Assembly: GCA_043228905.1 (NCBI GenBank)
Contig: JBHGNT010000008.1
Location: forward strand, 15,996,001-16,060,000
DNA: 64,000 nt
Direction: 5' to 3'
Origin: Azolla caroliniana
Lineage: Eukaryota > Plantae > Polypodiophyta
Below the pieces are notes generated by a model. The model was given only the letters and a program-made list of their open reading frames with translations, was not told the DNA's origin and searched no databases. Position numbers and translations under genes: made by a program. Of the stretch, positions 10,735 to 23,300 are shown in pieces; position 1 is the first letter of the stretch, and the number at the start of each line of letters is the position of its first letter.

Positions 10735-11195
10735 TGTTGTCCAGAGGACAGAAATGTAAAATTAGGAAATTAGCAAACGCCGAGTCCGAGTATCACGGGC
10801 CACCGACGGCTCGGCTGTGTATTAGGGGAAAAGTTATTTAAACGAGGACTAGTACCTCAGAGGAGGGGGGAGAAGAAAAATATAGGCGGAAGCACTAGCT
10901 GAGCCCCTCGTAACTAGATAATCTTGTAAGGTCACCGGCCGTAGGCCGTGTTCTGTAATCTTTTCTGTCGCAATAATATATCTGAATTGTGCCCAGTTTC
11001 CTCCATGTGTCCGTGCTTTGATTCATACCTATGATTTGAGCGCCGCCCACGCCTGCCAAGATCTCGTTAGTGTTTTCTCTCTGAGCACTGTCTCTCTCTC
11101 GACGCCTCTGTTATGAGCCTTCACGTACCACGCCCTTGAATACCGATAGCCGCAGATCTATCGAAGGTGTTCACCCAAAGAAACAGGTAACAACA
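10735..11195 (+). repeat. G2 3' LTR (about 461 bp)
   Basis: Start placed by aligning the upstream motif with the G3 3' LTR boundary; terminal inverted repeat TGTTGT/ACAACA. The partner LTR is not in the window. Confidence 0.7.
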
Positions 11196-11691
11196 ACCAC
11201 GGTGCAAGAGGAGTTGACCATGAGTACTACTATCGCCCACATACAGGAGCCTAATTGTACTGAGAAGGAGCATACTAGCATCACCCATGAGGACAGGGTA
11301 ATAAAGACCACCCATGAAGGGAGCACGATGGTCTTAAGAATGAGATGACTATCATCACCAACCATGAGTTGACCATGAGTACTACCACATCCCACATACA
11401 TGAGCAACAACATGTGGAGAACAAGATGAGTGATAATTTGACCATCAACAATACCTTTGTGGATGTGTGTACAAGCATTGCAGTTGCAGAAAACACAGTT
11501 GCTCTCTCAAGCTTGCCATTGCTATAAGATGCCCGTACATCCACGCCTGTCTCTGATGATGAAGTGCCACTTAGTAAGTTGATACCTTAAGGCTTTAGGA
11601 TAAAGAAGAATGTAAAATCCCAAAAAATTGGCACCAATAACAAGCGCACTAAAAGATCGGCAAAAATGTGAAATGGTGCCTGGCTATTGTA

Positions 11692-12097
11692 CTTGAACTA
11701 TAGCTGAATTGTTAGTGATGTCTGTACTTGAACTATTTGTAATACTAAAATACTGTCTAAATTACTAATGTGAAATGTTGTACGGACTCTAGTTCACTCA
11801 TCTAGTGTTGCTAACGTAATCGGAAATTCTATATTGCCAATTGTAGAGAATGAGAATGTATTTTATTGTCAATTGTCATGCAACCATGATTGTGTTGAAC
11901 TACAACTGAACTGTTAGTGATGTCTATACTTGAACTATTTGTAATACCAAAGTACTGTCTAAATTGCTAATGTGAAATGCTATGAAGACTAGATCACTCA
12001 TCTAGTGTTGTTAGTGTAATGTGAAATTCTATATTGCTAATTGTAGAGAATCAGAATGTATTCTATTGTCAATTGTCATGCGGCCATGATTGTGTTG
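11692..12097. repeat. Tandem duplication of an ~200-bp AT-rich unit
   Basis: GAACTA..CTGAA.TGTTAGTGATGTCT...CCATGATTGTGTTG occurs twice in tandem. Confidence 0.85.
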
Positions 12098-12689
12098 TTT
12101 CAAATGAGATACTATCTTTGTCTGTGTAGTAGGGAACATTTGACATTCATATTAGTACTAAAATAAGCTGTATGTATCCGTCTAACTGAGATAATTCGGG
12201 AGACTACTATGTATTAGTGAACATTTGACATTCACATTAGTACTAAACTATTATGTATATTGTAATAAGTTTGGGTTCTATTGATACTTGCGAAGTATGG
12301 TCTCCTTGAGTGCACATAGTTAGAGTTGAATAGAGACTTAACACAATAGGAATTAGACTACTGGTATTGATACTTCAATAAGTTTGGGCCATATTGATGC
12401 TACTAAGTATTGATACTTGAATAAAGACTTCACACCCTAAATCCTAGAAACAAGCAACTCTATAATTACCATGAACACTTACAAAACAAGCTCAATAAAT
12501 ACTCTAAACACTTTAGAAGAAAGATGAAATATATCGATTCATTTGTCAATCATCAAAATTAATAACCAATCTAGATACAAAGTACAAATAATGAACTACA
12601 AGCGGATGTGAAATGTTGCCAACTACAATGTATTAATAAGGTAACTTTCAAGCATTAAACAAAGAGACCTCCCCTAATATGTGCTCATG

Positions 12690-15600
12690 AACCTCTGCCC
12701 ATAAGTTGTAGCTCCAACAAGAGCTGAACAACATCCGACAAAGAGACATGTCGGTTATGGATTACACCACCAAGATAAAGGAGATTTGCGATGGACTCGG
12801 GTCCATCAACGTGACGGTGGATGAAGACTAGATGGTACAAATTTGCCTCGGTGGTCCAACACAAAGGTATGGGCCAATCCGGACATCGATATGCACCCGG
12901 GAGAAACCACCGTCTTTCTTCGACTTGCAATCGATGTTGATGGTTGAAGAAAACCATGCGAGTGGGTCAAGGACCACTCAATCGGACGGCTGGATGCTGT
13001 ACATAGAGACAGATTGGCCCCATGCACGTGGTGGACGAGGTGGGTCAGCATGCAATGGAGGCGGCCAGCAAGAGCAGGACTGGAGGCACAGAGGTGGTGT
13101 CGACAACAGTTCCAGACCCTCCACAAGCATGGGGAGTCAAAGCGGCGCCGGGAACCGGCAAGGAAAGGCCAGCACGGAATGCTAGTACTGTGGCAAAAAG
13201 GGCCACAGGGAAAGTGAGTGTTGGAAGAATCGCGTCGATTCGGACAAATCCGGATCCGACAAAACCTGTCGGGAGAACCGACAAAGCTCGCACTATGTGG
13301 AAGGATCAGAAGGATCTGGAACTGGGAAAAACAATAAGGGGCCAGCCTTCGTGCTGAAGCACAAGGCTAACTCGATGAAATTGGAGGAAGTATGGTATGT
13401 TGATTCTGGAGTGTCTAACCACATGACGAGCCATGAAGATTGGTTCTCCTTTTTAGAGAAGCCGAAACAACCGGGGATTGTCGAAACCGGAGACGACACC
13501 CCTCACCCGGTTGTGCATGTAAGAGAAGTCCCTTTAAGCCATGTCAAACAAAAAGGGAAGTTGATGAACGTACTAAACGTTCTGACTATCACAAAGAACC
13601 TGGTGTCAGTTGGACAAATCGTCAACCAAGGGATGCAGGTGTTGTTAACGCACCTAGGGTGCTACATCAGGGAAGAAGGTTGGATAATTGCGCAAGGGTG
13701 CAGAGAAGGGGGGATGTTCATCCTCAACACCAATGACATTAGCACAACCCTGTTTGCCAAAGGGCAGAAGGTCGAGTCAGACATCGACCTGTGTCAGAAG
13801 CGGATCGGTCACGTCAACTACCGGAGGCTTCAGGACTTGCAATCAAAACAAGTTGTCTTCGGTTTATTGAAATTTAGCGGCCGGAAGGCCAAAATTTGTG
13901 AAGCTTGCCAACTTGGGAAGCAACATTGGCTTCCATTCCCTACCGAACGAAACCGGAACCGTAACAAGCTCGATCTAATACATTCGGATGTATGGGGACC
14001 GGCACAGAACGTTAGTCTTGGCGGGAGTCGATACTTCGTCTCCCTCATCGACGACTACAGCTGCTGGCACACGTGGATCTACCTCATCGAACGGAAGAGC
14101 GAAGTATTCGAATGTTTTCGGAACTTGGAAAGCTTAGTTGAATTGGAAACGGAGAGGAAGGTGAAGTGCTTGCGATCGGATGGCGGAAAAGAATACTTTT
14201 CCGGCCAATTCAACAGTTATCTACAGCAAAATGGAATTCGGAGAGAATTCAGCTGCATATATATGCCGGAGCAAAATGGTGCGACTGAAAGGAAGAACCG
14301 GTCGATTGTCCAGGCGGCAAGGACACTGCTAGAGGAGAAGAGCATGCCCAATTCTACTAGCCCGAGGCAATTTGGACGATCGTCTACATCCAAAACCGGA
14401 TCAGAGATAAGGTGTCATCACATGAGCAGTATTTTGGACGGAAGCCGAATTTGAGGCACCTTCGGATATTCGGTAGCATAGCATATGTGCATGTACCGGA
14501 TGAGAAGCGGAGGAAGCTGGATCTGAAGTCGGAGAACTACATCCTAGTCGGCTACTTGCATGAGCAGAAGGGGTATAAGTGCTATAACCCACGGAATAAG
14601 CAGGTCCGAGTAAGCTGAGATGTGGAGTTTGATGAGACGGCATCATGGTAGTCCTTACCGACTGCAACTCCCTACGAATACATGATTCCGGAAGATGAGG
14701 CTAGTAAGCCCGAGGAGGTTCAGTTAGAAGATGAAGTATTCGGCACTCTAGAAGAGAGTCTGATCTCATTTCGGCTCAGTGGACCGAATGAGCAGTTGAG
14801 TCGACATGACCAGTCGGATGAAGAACCGGTAAGTAGTGGAGACTTTGCCGTGCTCTCCCCGCGCAAGGAACCGAGGAGACGGTTCACACGCAAATAGAAG
14901 GGGAAGAAGAAGATGCCGGAATACGAAATTGGCAACGTTCAGTCGTATTGGAGCGAATCTGACTCCGGAAAGGATGAAGACGAATCTTTAGGAACGAAAT
15001 CCGAACCAGCTAAGAAGGGCCCCAAACTGGGTGATGACAAGTTACGCCGGTCTTCCCGCCTGAAGAACCTCGTTACGCGGTATGGGTAGAATGAGTACAT
15101 GGTGCATCACTATGCATACATGACCAAATGGCGGTAGTGCATGAGCCGGAGAGCTACATAGAAGCGGCAAAGGACGCAAATTGGCGTGCCACTATGGAAG
15201 AAGAAATGCTGGCATTTGATGCCAACGACACATGGGACCTCGTTGACCCTCCCCTACACTGTAAACCGATCGGTTGCAAATGAGTGTACAAGGTAAAGTA
15301 CAATGCCGACAATTCGGTTAGCCGGTACAAGGCCCGGTTAGTGGCAAAGGGATAAGCTCAGACCCACGGAATCGACTACGACGAGACCTTCACTTCGGTA
15401 GCAAAGATGACGACGGTTCGTGTGGTACTGGCGGTTGTCGCGGCAAGGGGGTGGCATCTTCACAAGATGGACGTGAAGAATGCGTTTCTTCAAGGCGACC
15501 TTCAAGAAGAGGTCTTAATGATCCAACCCCCCGGATTTCAGTCGAAGATGAACAAGTTGGCGGTAGGCCGGCTTAAGAAGTCGCTTTACGGTCTGAAACA

Positions 15601-16340
15601 AGCCCCCCGAGCTTGGAATGCAAAGATCACGCACCAGTTGCGTAAGATGGGATTTGTGACCTCTAAATCTGACTCCTCTTTGTTCATCCGGCAAAGGGAT
15701 ATGCAAAGACCCAGGGAATCGATTACGACGAGACCTTCGCCCCGGTAGCGAAGATGACAACGGTTCGTGTGGTACTGGCGGTCGCTACGGCAAGGGGGTG
15801 GCATCTTCACCAGATGGACGTGAAGAATATGTTTCTTCAAGGTGGCCTTGAAGAACGGGTCTTTATGATCCAACCTTCCGGTTTTCAGTCAGAGATGAAC
15901 AAGTCAGCGGTGTGCCGGCTCGAGAAGTCGCTTTACGGTCTGAAACAAGCCCCCCGAGCTTGGAATGCGAAGATCACGCACCGGTTGCGTAAGATGGGGT
16001 TTGTGACCTCTAAATCTGACTCGTCGTTGTTTATCCAGTAAGGTCCGGATGGTCTGGTTTGCATCCTACTTTATGTTGATGATTTAGTCATCACCAAACC
16101 CGGACTCAATGAAATCAGTCGAGTAAAGTCCCAACTGTCAAACGCATTTGAAATGAAGGACTTGGGGGACCTTCATTATTTTCTCGGGATCGAGGTGATC
16201 CGAACCCCCGATGGCATATTGCTCTCACAACGACAATATGTGTTGAACATATTGAACAAGTTTGGCATGCCGAAAGGCTGACCTATCTCCACAGCCCTGG
16301 ATGGGAACTAGAAGCTTTGTCCCAACTCCGGACTTGCATG
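12690..16340 (+). mobile_element. C1: decayed Ty1/copia internal region of family A (Gag-PR-IN-RT), no LTR seen, interrupted on the right by G4
   Basis: WYVDSGVSNHMT protease, LDLIHSDVWGP / LRSDGGKEY integrase and HQMDVKN / LKKSLYGLKQAPRAW RT motifs, with many stops. Confidence 0.9.
15343..16040 (+). repeat. 347-bp tandem duplication inside the C1 RT
   Basis: ORFs at 15407 and 15754 both begin MTTVRVVLAV (offset 347); GGCAAAGG microhomology at the junction. Confidence 0.9.
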
Positions 16341-16833
16341 TGATGAGAGTCAGGGGAGCTCTCAGGCTCATCGTGCCGAGCGGGATCTTGCATAGGAGGC
16401 TAAGTAGAAGTAAACCCCCATAGAACATACAAGCTCTTCACCGGGCCAAAACCCTAAACAAACACGGAGGGGCAGAAGAAGAAGAAGAAAACCAAGACGA
16501 AACCCTAAACGAAATAGGGCGAAAACCCAAGTACAAACCCTAAGGGAACAAGAACAAGATGAAGAGGAAGAACTCTACCAAACCCTAGACCTAAGTGGTA
16601 TACCCTCCTAACTCAAAATGGGCAACCCCTCTACAAGGGACCATCCCTTCCTTTTATAGAACAAGGAGAGGGATATGTTACAATGTGGGATAAATCCCGA
16701 CTTACATGGGTTCTCTGTCCCGACTTGAATCCTACTATTCACACGTTTTTACAAGGGTAAGTGCACATGGTGCATCCTGCTGATTCTCCCGATATTCCCC
16801 GGTTTCTCACCATGGCCCGGAATCTTCACGACA
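16341..16833 (-). repeat. G4 3' LTR (about 493 bp)
   Basis: TG...CA ends, adjacent PPT at 16834-16845; truncates the C1 RT at the left edge. Confidence 0.6.
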
Positions 16834-17983
16834 TCCGCCCCCACCAAACCGCACGTCCACTGGTACGTGCCAAGTTCGGAGAAGGGCGAGAGATTCCGGC
16901 CGATGAGGTACCAGTCTTCTGTAATCCGCATTCTGGCTGCTACATTGCCCTCGCCGGTCAGAACCGTCGGCTCCGGCTCCCTTCCCACATTTGCCTCGCC
17001 GTAGGTTTGTTCGACCCGTCGATGGGTCATTCTCCGCGATCCCGTAGTGCGCGTGCTTCCCCGTTGGCCCTTCTCTTGGCCGCATGCACGCCCCTCGTTC
17101 CTCTTTCGTGTGTGCCACTTTCGGCTCAGCACACCGCTGCTTAACCGAGTGTCCCCAACAGCTCACCGGAAGATCACCCTTGCACGTCCTGGCCCGCATG
17201 GCCTCCTTCTCTCACGTAATGCCTTGGTTGGTCAGGGCTTATGCTGCTGCCACCTTTGTCCCCTCGCCGCCACCTTCCATTGCCCTCGGTCTCACGTTGC
17301 CACGTTGGCCGATCGGCAAGGGTCTCTGGGCAGGTGTGAAGGATCCTTCTCGGGCCTCCGTTTAGTTCAGTCACCGAGTCATGTGCCAAGCACGTCCGAT
17401 CTTTGTCACGCATCCGGTTTGTGGTCGCCCTATCGGCCTCATACCTCCTTTCGCTCTACTTCCCGTCGTCTGATCACGTTCTCCTGCCGCCACCGATCTC
17501 TCCTATAGGACTCACGCCGACACTCGGGCCAACCGCCGGATCAGTGTGAGGGTCTTCGTGGACTGCCCCTCCGTAGTTCTTTGCCCTTGTCCCCTCACTG
17601 CCACCGTCAGTCTCTTGGTCTTACGTCAGATCCAATGCTGACCGTCGAAGTCTCTAGATCCGGTGTGAAGGATCCTCCTTGGGTCTCCCGTCTTCCTGAC
17701 CCTATCCTGGGTCTTCCTTTTCCGCATGTCGAGAGGGTAGCTCACTCCACACCCTCTCCCGTGGTACTGACGTACTGTGTTCCCGGCCTCTTCGTAGGCC
17801 TGCTCTCTTCCTCCCTTTATGGATCGGTTATCCGGAAGTCCGCTCCGCCCGGTTCTCGTCCGGGTTCGTCCGTCATTCTCGGGATTGTCGGGTCCCGTTC
17901 TCCTGCCGCCACTGTCATGGTCTTTGGTCTTACGTTAGATCTGATGCCGACCGCTGAAGTCTCTAGATCCGATGTGAGGTGAC

Positions 17984-18507
17984 TGTTACCCCGTACGAGA
18001 TGTACGGAGAGTTAGTGTGATGAGCGAGGGTCGAATGTTATCATGATGTGGTTGTGTATGTGTAGGGTACATAAATGTAATTGTGAGTCTATACATATGT
18101 GAACACATGCACACGTGTGTGCATGTGGATGGATACGAGGAGGTGTGAGTGAGTGTCCAGTATGAATGCTCGAGGGGGCTTACACCCCTATGTACCTACC
18201 CCCCTCTTGTACTATTTAACCCCTTATGGGGAATGAATGAAATATGAATAACCATTTCTCTCTCTCTCAATCTCTCTCTTGTCATCTCTCTCTTCTATCT
18301 CCCCTTACGTTGAACCCCCTTGGGAGGGGGCTAGAGCCATTCTAGGCACCACCCCCCACCCCGCAATGCTTCTCAATGCACATCATGCTATCACCCACAT
18401 GATCTCTCTCGCCATCAATCCCATACTCTCCATCATCATCATAACCACCATGTCTATCTTTATCATGATTATCATCGTCATTAACCCTAACCATAAAACC
18501 TATAACA
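17984..18507 (+). mobile_element. S1: solo LTR (524 bp) of a family not otherwise seen in the window
   Basis: TGTTA...TAACA termini; perfect TSD GTGAC at 17979-17983 and 18508-18512; the empty site is visible in the sister repeat near 19478. Confidence 0.9.
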
Positions 18508-18632
18508 GTGACCCATAGGACCGGACTATCCCTGCCTTCCGCCCTCGTCCCCTCGCCGCCACCGTCAGTCTCTTCGTCTTACGTCGGATCCAATGCCGTT
18601 CGCCGAAGTCTCTAGATCCGGTGTGAAGGATC

Positions 18633-19187
18633 TGTTGGGAGACAGGTCCCTCCGAATGGGAATGGAGAAGAACAGTGCTGATGAACAAACTCAGCCGAGG
18701 CCGAAACCGGATAAGGAGTACCCGGCTACGGAGAGCCGGATGGTGCAGACCCGGTGAGGAGTGCTCACCAGATGAAAAGACATATTCGTAAATATGTTTT
18801 TGAGAGTCCATCATGGCTATATTTGTAAATAGCCGAAAAGTCATATTAGTATAAATATGACTTAGGGCAAACTTTTAAGTGTGTGGTTATTCTTGTTGGT
18901 GCAAGAAGAGTGAGAGTGCGTAACCGTGTATAGAGAGAGAGAGAGAGAGAGAGAGAACGAGGTCATTGCCTCTGTTGAAACCGCCGCTTGTGGCGAAGAT
19001 CGTGAGCACGAGGTCGTTGCCTCCTATGGGCTACCGTGGTTTTTTCCCTAGTTTGGGGTTTTCCACGTAAACATCCTGTGTACCCTTCTCTTCTTTGTGT
19101 CGTGCATTTATTTCCCGTTTTTCTGTGTATGATTCTAAGCTCGGTTGTGGCCGAGCGTTGCGTATAGGGAGCGTGCAGTTCCTGTCA
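18633..19187 (+). mobile_element. S2: solo LTR (555 bp) of copia family B
   Basis: TG...CA termini; perfect TSD GGATC at 18628-18632 and 19188-19192; homologous to the B2 LTRs. Confidence 0.93.
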
Positions 19188-19789
19188 GGATCCTTCGTGG
19201 GCCTCGTTTCTTCCCGACCCTATCTTGGGTCGTCCTTCTCCATATGATGAGAGGGTGGCTCGCTCCACACCCTCTCCCGTGGTACCAACGTACCGTGTTC
19301 CCGGCCTCTTCGTAGGCCTCCTCTCTTCCTCCCTTCCGGATCGGTTATCCGGAAATCCACTCCGGGTTCGTCCATCATTCTCGGGATTGTCAGGTCCCGT
19401 TCTCTTGCCGCCACCGTCAGTATCTTGGTCTTACGTCAGATCCGATGCCGACTGCCGAAGTCTCTACATCCGGTGTGAGGTGATCTATAGGACCGGTCTT
19501 CGTTCTCCGCATATGTCCCTGTATCAGCACCCTCATGCCGATTCTAGCTCCGATCGAACAATCCACTACTGGATCACGCTCCAACCGAATCGGAGTGTCG
19601 CGTTGTTCGATCCCCAATCGGGTCGTTTCTTGGTCTCTTCGTCGACCTTCTCGCGAGCCATTTCCCATCCTTCTTCGCTTGCATCGTGCCAGGACTCCTC
19701 GATACCGTCATCCATCTCCTCGGTCTCACGTGGGCGTAAGGGCCCAAATGCCGAGTTCTCCGGAATCGGGTCCGAGGGCTTTCGTCGCT

Positions 19790-19943
19790 CCCCGTGGGAC
19801 TTAATGTGTCAGACCGATGTTGTGTGCCGATTTAATAGATTGTACTCACACCGCTGCATTGTGTGTGACCAAGAGTGGCACAACATGCATTGAGTCCGCA
19901 TTGTACATTCCAGGGTAGAGTGGTCGGGGTTGAGGCCTGTTGT
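19790..19943 (-). pseudogene. G5 gag zinc-knuckle segment (left of the G3 insertion)
   Basis: The minus strand translates LNPDHSTLECTMRTQCMLCHSWSHTMQRCEYNLLNR, homologous to G3 Gag LNSGHSTVDCTLRTQCVICNSRAHTTDRCEYNLLNR. Confidence 0.9.
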
Positions 19944-20330
19944 TGTTGGCCGGTCAGAAGAGCAAGGACAAGTGGGAAGGCGGAATCGGATCGGATAATA
20001 GGAAGTAATAGTAGAATTATTATTCGGAGGGACGGATTCGGTACAGTTGTACCGATCCGGATCCGAACCGATTCGGATGTCGGTTGCCTAAGCGCACCGA
20101 TTGTAACCTTGCCGGATGCCTATAAAAGGATCCGATGATTTGTAAAGTGTTTTTGACGGAAGTAATACAATAGTAATTATTGTGTATTTATCTGTATCTT
20201 GTATTGTTTGCTGTCCGTGCTTAATCGTAATCATCTTATGCGTGTAACCTAGCATCCAATCCTTACCACCCCTTTGGAGAAGTGTCGGGTAGACACCTGT
20301 GTTGAGGCTAGTCCAGCCAGACAGACAACA
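19944..20330 (+). repeat. G3 5' LTR
   Basis: Direct repeat of 29686-30058; TATAAAA near 20121. Confidence 0.97.
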
Positions 20331-20336
20331 CTATTT

Positions 20337-20347
20337 TGGCGACCACG
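20337..20347 (+). promoter_or_regulatory. G3 PBS, probably tRNA-Arg
   Basis: TGGCGACCACG lies 6 nt after the LTR and is complementary to the ..GUGGUCGCCA end of tRNA-Arg(UCG). Confidence 0.75.
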
Positions 20348-20382
20348 ATTCCTGCAAAGTGCAGAGGACAACCGGGGGATGG

Positions 20383-23300
20383 ATGTCTAAACCAAACGAT
20401 GACCACATCACCGAACGAGGGAGACGATACACCGAACGCGAGCAACGACGGGAAGCCCTGCAGCAAGCCGTCGACGAGATCCGGCGGGATCGGTCATTCT
20501 CCAAAACTCTTCGGAGAGTCACAGAAGAAGCACTGCAGTTCTGGGTTCTGCAAATCCCCGACGAAGGCAGTAGCATAACAAGCCTGCAAGAGGCGGAAAC
20601 GATACTGCAGACGCTCGCCGCGGGCGACGGGGACTCGGAAGCATTCGCAACACTTGAGGCGGAGTCGGAAAGCGACGGAAGCGTTGCATCCCGGTATAAA
20701 AGCAGCCACGACACACCAAACGACCGGGAGGACGAGGGGTCAGAAGACTCAGTAACACCGGCGCCAGAGGAAGAAATAACCCTGGAATTCGGTGACCGGC
20801 AACCGCCGAGGAAGGCTGACCGGATACCAACAACAACCGCGAGGGAACCGAAGGAGCGGATACCTACAACACCCGCGGAGGAACCAACGGACCGGACACC
20901 GGCAACACCCGCGGAGGAACCAAAGGTTCTCAAACCAACGCCAACAGCGGACAGAGAACGGAGGGAACAGGAGAGTCAGTTGGACGACACGATGCCGTAC
21001 CCATACCCAAAGTACCGGGATGAGGCCGACGCGGAGGCACACGTGTACGCATTCCTCCAAACATGGGAAGCCAACCATATCTCCCAAAGACTGACGGAGC
21101 CCGAAGCCGAACGATCCAAAATCGCCGAATTCGGCATAACCTTAGAAGGACCGGCGGCCCAATGGCACGCAAAGCACTTACCAGGCACCTTTGCCACATT
21201 CGATGCCTTGAAGGCCAGATTCCTTAGGTTTTTTCACAGACAATTTGAGCAAAGGGAATTGGTCGGGCAGTTCTACACCACCCGACAGGAAGAGAACGAG
21301 ACTATGCCACAATTCATCATTCGGTTCCAGACCCTGCACAGCCAACTGACAAGAGCACCACCCGAAGACGAAGCCAAAGCAGTCTTTCTGGCCGCACTGA
21401 AAGAGCCACTTCGAACAATGTGCGGAGTCCTTGATTTCCAAACCAGCACAATGGACCAAGTTATTGATCGGGTTTTAGAAATGGACAAGACTAGCCCCTT
21501 CTTGTCGATGGGGATGTTACACCGGGCACTCCCAAAAGAGGAAGACCCGAGGTTCCGACAGGCCTTACAATGTACAACATGCCTAAATTCGGGGCACTCA
21601 ACAGTAGACTGCACCCTGCGGACACAATGTGTGATCTGCAACTCTCGAGCCCATACAACGGACCGATGCGAATACAACCTGTTAAATCGGCAGGCAGCAC
21701 CGGTTCGACACATAGAACCGCGCAATCAGAACCCGGACGAGGATCGATTCCGGAGAGACGACCGCTACCAACGCGAACGCGGTAACAGATACGCTGATAG
21801 AAGATGCGACAACTATGACCGAGAGGAGAGACGCAGAGATAGCTACCCCCGGGACCGGTACGACAGAGACGAATCCCCAGAAGACGACAGACGCGGAGAA
21901 GAGAGGCGACAAGGATACGCTGATAGAAGACGCGACAACTATGACCGAGAGGAGAGACGCAAAGATAGCTACCCCCGGGACCGGTACAACCGAGACGGAG
22001 CCCCGGAATACGACCGACGCAGAGAAGAGAGGCAACAAGGGAACCGAAATTTCCGACGGAATCAGAAGCGTGGATTTTTCCGAAGAGAGGAACGTCGGGA
22101 GGCAGCAAGGAATGACAACCCGGTATCCGTACCGGATAACCGAAAAACCGAAGACGACCGCCGGAGCATACCCACCCTCCAAACCGGGGACAAAGGAGAA
22201 ACGAGCAACGGTCACAAGGTGTACTGTTATTACTGCCGCAAGGAAGGCCACTATAGTAACCAATGCCCAAGCAAAAGCTATGACAAGCAGCCGGAAGTCA
22301 ACATGGTTATAGCCGAAATAACAGAAGTACAGCAGGTCACAACCCGGTCAAAGGGAAAGACCGTTGAGTGGGAAGCCCAGGAGGCAATCAGAAAACAAGC
22401 GACACAATGGATCAAGGAGGCCAATGAACAGAATGCGGCAGAAGTAAGAGACCAAAATATGTCAAAAGACGAAGAAATCATACATCCAGGAGAAAACCCG
22501 ACGTGGCAAGCGCTACAGGACTGTCAAATCGTGCTGCCGTTAGCACGACTACTACAGTTAGTGCCACGATTTACGGCAGACCTACAGGCATCCGTCAGCA
22601 AACCGAAGCCGACGCCAGCACCGGCATTCTTCTCCAACCCGGAGGAAGGACCAGCGGTGGTCGATACAAGTAGCCCGGCGATCACGACAATCGTGAAAGG
22701 AAAGGAAATTGTTGGAACGATTATTGATGGAGGCTCCGGGGTAAATGTCATCAGCCAACAGACATGCAACGACCTGGGCATCCGGGAATGGGAACCATGC
22801 CCCTTCTGGTTACGCATGGCGGATACTAGCTCAGTCCGACCGACCGGGCTTATCCGGGATTTGGAAATCATGATCGGAGGCCACGTATTCCGGATATCGG
22901 CCATGGTGCTGCAGCTGAATGTACAAGGCGCGTACCCCCTACTGCTAGGACGACCATGGCTGCGAACGGCGCATATCAAGCAGAACTGGCAAAAGAACAT
23001 GATCACATTCCGGCGAGGGAAAACAAAGGTACGAGTAACGACGCAACCACGGGTGATCACCAGTAAGGAAGCAACTCCATTGTATGCGGAAAGCATTAAC
23101 ATGTTGGAGGGTTTACCGGACGAGGAAGTCGAGCGGTACCTCGAGGAACACCCACGAATCGTCCCACTATTTGAGGTGGATATCACGGCGGCAGTAGAAC
23201 CGTACATTACGACGCCGGAAGAACCGGACCAAGCGGCGATCCGGGAACTACGACAAGCGCAGGAATTCCTAGAGAGGGAAATGACGATATCCCAGAGGGT

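Larger units (their letters stand above)
6489..11195 (+). mobile_element. G2: 3' part of a decayed Athila/OTA-like gypsy element, interrupted by G1
   Basis: Begins mid-integrase (ALWAYRTTFKT, homologous to G3), followed by the extra ORF and an LTR at 10735-11195 with TGTTGT...ACAACA termini. Confidence 0.85.
17592..19500. repeat. Two ~430-bp tandem units in G4, each split by a solo LTR
   Basis: GCCACCGTCAGTCTCTT.GTCTTACGTC.GATCC...GATCCGGTGTGAAGGATC starts at about 17592 and about 18550; each unit contains an internal sub-repeat. Confidence 0.8.
16341..19790 (-). mobile_element. G4: 3' non-coding region and 3' LTR of a minus-strand LTR element
   Basis: The minus strand reads PPT GGTGGGGGCGGA then TGTCGTG (LTR start at 16833) through to CTCATCA (16341), with a TATAAAA inside. 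The upstream region is GC-rich and repetitive. The right boundary is approximate. Confidence 0.6.

Noticed and set aside
16749-19893. Several 100-220-aa ORFs as genes
   Set aside because: They overlap on both strands in GC-rich tandem-repeat sequence, cross solo-LTR junctions and show no domain motifs.
20299-20382. N-terminal extension of G3 gag-pol from the ORF track
   Set aside because: It starts at a GTG inside the LTR and crosses the PBS. ATG 20383 is the plausible start.
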